Shown: piece after piece, positions 60,161 through 64,000 of the stretch | Layout: each line of letters starts with the position of its first letter | How positions within the stretch are numbered: position 1 is the first letter of the stretch | Made by a program: the position numbers and the translations under genes | Notes under the pieces: generated by a model | What the model was told of the DNA's origin: nothing | What the model saw: the letters and a program-made list of their open reading frames with translations, nothing else | Database searches by the model: none | DNA from: Eukaryota sp. GEM-RC1 | Lineage: Eukaryota | Direction: 5' to 3' | DNA: 64,000 nt | Assembly: GCA_040285855.1 (NCBI GenBank) | Contig: JAUFOQ010000016.1 | Coordinates: 2,604,001 to 2,668,000 of the forward strand

Positions 60161-60797
60161 CATTGAACTGAATACTGTATTTTTGTATTTTGTATTTTGT
60201 ATTTTGAGTATCTTATGTATTTTGTATATATTCTTCATAAGAATAAGGGGCGGGCTAAAAAGGTGAATGAATTTATTGAAATGGTCAAATTTTTCGTCTC
60301 AATTTCATTTCACTTACTAGTAACTTGGTGAAAATAGAGCTGAGCAATTGATAGTCAATCAGAACTCTAAATGTGTAGGGACATCACTTCTACTTTACTG
60401 TTGCATCTCATCTCCAGTACAATCATGTGCTTAAGCTGTTCAAATCGATGTTTTAATCCAGATCACCTTGATTGTAATTTTGTTGCAGGTAAAGGACCTT
60501 CATTGTTATACATCAGGTCTCTTAAAGACAGCAAGCTCCTGTTCTATAGAGACAACGAAAAGAACAGATGCAGATGCAGGTGGGTTAGAAGAACTATAAT
60601 AGCTAGGATGACAGTTCTTGCTCTCAGACCCTGAGAAATGGTCTACACATCACTATCATTCAAAATAGACCAATAAAGGAATCATTTTCAATAACACATT
60701 GCTGACAACCAAAAACAATAAGAAGTAAGGTAAATAACACGTTTCCATAAATCTTACCAATGACCCAATGAGAGTTACTTGACTGTTTAGTAATAGT

Positions 60798-61400
60798 TTA
60801 AAACTTTAGTATAGCTGAACGCAAGCTAAAAATACATCGACCTTCTATTAAGCCAGTCAGTCTTGACAACCAGCTGTTCCTACACGAGCACCTCCAAACA
60901 AAATCAACATATGAATACATAGACCTAAAAATCGAAAAAGCAAATTTACTCTTCCAGTACGATCTGTTAAACTTCTTGCCAAATTCTGAACACAAATTTT
61001 CAAATAAATTAAAAAACTCCTTGGTAGAAGAACCGAAAATTCCGTACAATGAAACTGCAAAAGGCTAAAAGACGATATTATTGTGTCTTCGTGAATTCAA
61101 TGCAGCAATTTGATGTCCGTACTTAGACACTTTGGCGTTCTCAGCGTCTTTCAGCGGATCATTTGAAGTATTAACAATGTTGGCAATAGCTGAAGCTTTG
61201 CAATGATCAACGGTCGTAAAATCAACAACAATTTCTTGGCATGACAACCAAGGGCCAATAAAATCACCACGTAGAGAATATTATAGAGTCATTCCAAATT
61301 CCTTAAAACAAAGACCGCAACTACGCAGAAAGTGATTTACAACATAAAAAACATCTCATTGACATTTGTTGAGTTCTTTATTGATATAGATTTACATTCA
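60798..61400 (-). mobile_element. RLE-type non-LTR retrotransposon remnant (restriction-like endonuclease domain)
   Basis: RGDFIGPWL...VVDFTTVD...PLKDAENAKVSKY...*PFAVSLYGIFG...FNRSYWKSKFAFSIFR. Confidence 0.75.
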
Positions 61401-62123
61401 TTTTTGTGACTGTGTTTGTTACATTTTCTTCAAAATTGGAAACGTCAACACGGCTTCCTAATATTAGTACAACCAACAGTACATCTGTAATTGAGCAGAC
61501 CTACATTTCTATCCATTTTTCAATCAAGAAGTTCATTAAGATTAAGGACTGGTATGAAGGAAGATGTGTTTTTTCAGTGCTTTCAGACTCAATAGGTTTA
61601 CCGAAAAATAAATATTGCAATTCTTCAACCAATATTGCAATATTTCAATATTGCAACTATATGAATCATATTATGTATTTGTTACAAAAAACCCACATAT
61701 TCTATTGTTGATCATCATCAGAAAAACCTATTTTTTGTGATGTAAACACGTTCCCACTGTTGCGTAGTCCATCAACAAGCCAAAACAGATGTAACACATA
61801 ACAGAAGAACGATGATGGGAAATAATGTCGTTGTTTTGGCCGAGATTTGTGCCAGAAAACCGATCTATTCGGTCCAACATTTTTTCGGAACACGTTGGAC
61901 AAAGGATGATGATGTGATTTTATGGTACGAAGCGGCAGAAACGGTATACGCCGATTCAGGTAAATTTTTTGTGAAAAGTGACCTTAATTTTAGAGCGGTA
62001 AACGGTATGATAGTTTGGTGTTTGTATTTAATACTATTGCTGTGAAGTTCCAAGGTAAGATACTAATCCATATAAACGACAACATGTTGTTTTCTACCTT
62101 ACAAAAAATGTTTATAGCATCAT

Positions 62124-64000
62124 TTACAAAGGACTAAACAATTTGGCTAAACCATCAAAAATTTCGGACACTTTCAATTTTGATTCCGCCAAGAATTCTA
62201 AATCTTCATTGTAATAGCGAACTTCGCAATCTTGAGAATCCATGGGATGAAGTCCGACTCTCAAAACAAACTTCTTTAATAATCTACGATGATTTCTAAT
62301 AGATGTCCTTTTGTCAGTTTCTGTAATGAATTTGCTTTGCTAGTAGTGAGTTTCTTTTTAAACTCAGGCTGAACTAATTCTTGTAGGAGCTCGATTGGGA
62401 AAGTCTGCTCAACTAAATTTAATATAGTTAAAATCTCTTTAACTGGTTCATTTGCAAAATGGAGTCCAATATTTTGGCAAAAATCGTCAAGTCTTTTCTG
62501 TTTCAGAAATGCCTTTAAGCTCATAGATCTGTCATTTGGAAGATCTGTAGCAATAGTTCTAGTGACAATAATAATTTCATTATACAAAGGTTGGTATTCA
62601 TCATCAAAAATGGAAGGTGGACAGACAACATTATCATCAACAGTAAAACCTTGTTCCAAAAGAACATCCTCTAAATCCCACAAGTCTTTGGTTTTTGACA
62701 ACAAAAACTCTGGTGATTCTATTGGTTCAATTTTGTGCTTAATCAATCCAGAAAGAATGTAACCGTCATAAACGTGATCTACAACTCGTAAACTGCAAGT
62801 GAAAGGATCAAGGGTAATACCACGACTGTCATAATTGATTTGAACAAAGGAATCAGAATTGATTGAAAAGAGATCAATCGATCCCAATGAATAATTTCCA
62901 ACAAGAGTATTATGAGTATTGACAAATTCCTCTTCAATTAGAGTTCGAATAGGTAATGCATCCTCAGAATCGTCAAGAGTGAATAATCCAAGGCAAGAAG
63001 AATCAGAAATTTTGTTTGGAACAGAAAGAGAAGTGCAACCAACAGTTACATTTCCTGTTCTCAGAGAAGTCCGTAAATCAGACAAAATACCACTATAAGT
63101 ATCACGAGCATCTACAAAAGGCTTCTACTTCCAGTACTGGTCAATATTTTTTTGGTTGGAGTTGCAATAGCTTTGAATTTGAACATTAAAGCGGTCTTTT
63201 CACGAACAAACTTCACCAGTTTTACAAATGCAGGGAGGTGTTCGGCAACGCTCATAAAAATACAAGCTTTAGAAATATCAACATTATTTAAAAATGGTGA
63301 TGACTTGTCAGGAATATCGTTAACAATTGGTGACGATGCAACCAAAGATGACAACGCAGCAACATCACTACCTAATTCCTCTATTGAAACTCCCTCAATT
63401 CTAGAGCTTAAAGTTAGAGCAGTCACATCAGACTTGGGAAGTGGATCAAGTTCAATTGAATTAAGAATGGTCATGATACGATCTTCAGCTTGAAATTTTT
63501 CCTCTATTGATGCACATACAAAATTTGGAATTTCATTAGAAATCTTTCGAATTACGTGCGCAAGGATTAAAGAGACTTGAGGTCTAGTAACACGCAGAAT
63601 GTTGGCCAAAACATTTAAACATTCAATCAATGTATCACGAAGTTGAGCCAATCCATGTTCAACGTCATACATTCTAGCATACTGGTCTCCAATACCATTA
63701 GTAACACAAGCACGAGCTAAGACCATGTACAAAAAGACACATGATCCAAGTAACCAAGATCTTAGATTTGAATAGCGGAATAAACCCTTCATACAAGGTT
63801 CTAAAGTTCCATTAGTAAATACATCGTAACGACCAGGTTGTAGTCCAGGTTGCCATTGAGGATTGGAGGAAAAGTGTTTGAAAGGAACTTCAGGTGAAGA
63901 ATCCATTTGTGACCAATTGATAGCAGAACATTTTGGACACTTGTGTTGATCTGGGCCAGTCCAAACATTAGGCCCACTACCACGATCACTAACTCCTGAG
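62124..64000 (-). CDS. RNF213: C-terminal part of a second RNF213-like paralog (convergent with the first; 5' part outside the window)
   Basis: Near-identical to 56710-58570 (MDSSPEVPFKHFSSNPQWQPG...; HPMDSQDCEV). Frameshifts near 63115 and 62300. Confidence 0.9.

Overview
Gene-dense, AT-rich eukaryotic DNA read with the standard genetic code. The organism is probably a flagellated protist and possibly an anaerobic metamonad. That is an inference from 28-31 nt introns with a fixed branch-point/3'-splice-site spacing, an RJL GTPase and prokaryote-like enzymes. Many genes have single-base homopolymer frameshifts typical of long-read assembly error. The most notable locus is 2.3-7.3 kb, a decayed polyprotein reading: hydrophobic leader - 2A StopGo peptide (GDVEANPGP) - Upf1/Sen1-like SF1 helicase - two Ulp1/SENP8-like cysteine proteases - Fanzor RNA-guided nuclease, followed by hairpins where an omegaRNA would lie. 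It sits head-to-head with a retroviral-type integrase gene that has no RT upstream. The middle of the window carries host genes: acyltransferase, RJL, Nup85-like, MARCH E3, COMMD10, V-ATPase G, alpha-amylase, Stealth, Hsp70, Myb, OYE, an LRR protein, DDHD lipase, an acidic-tailed H2B, an NhaC-type transporter and a RING-LRR protein. Interspersed are remnants of RLE-type non-LTR retrotransposons, three hAT-type MITEs with 8-bp TSDs (two nested), and two copies of a covarying hairpin with an identical 15-nt loop motif. The right end holds a ~12 kb RNF213/mysterin-like AAA+/RZ-finger gene and a convergent paralog. All family assignments come from motif recognition by eye; no database searches were run.
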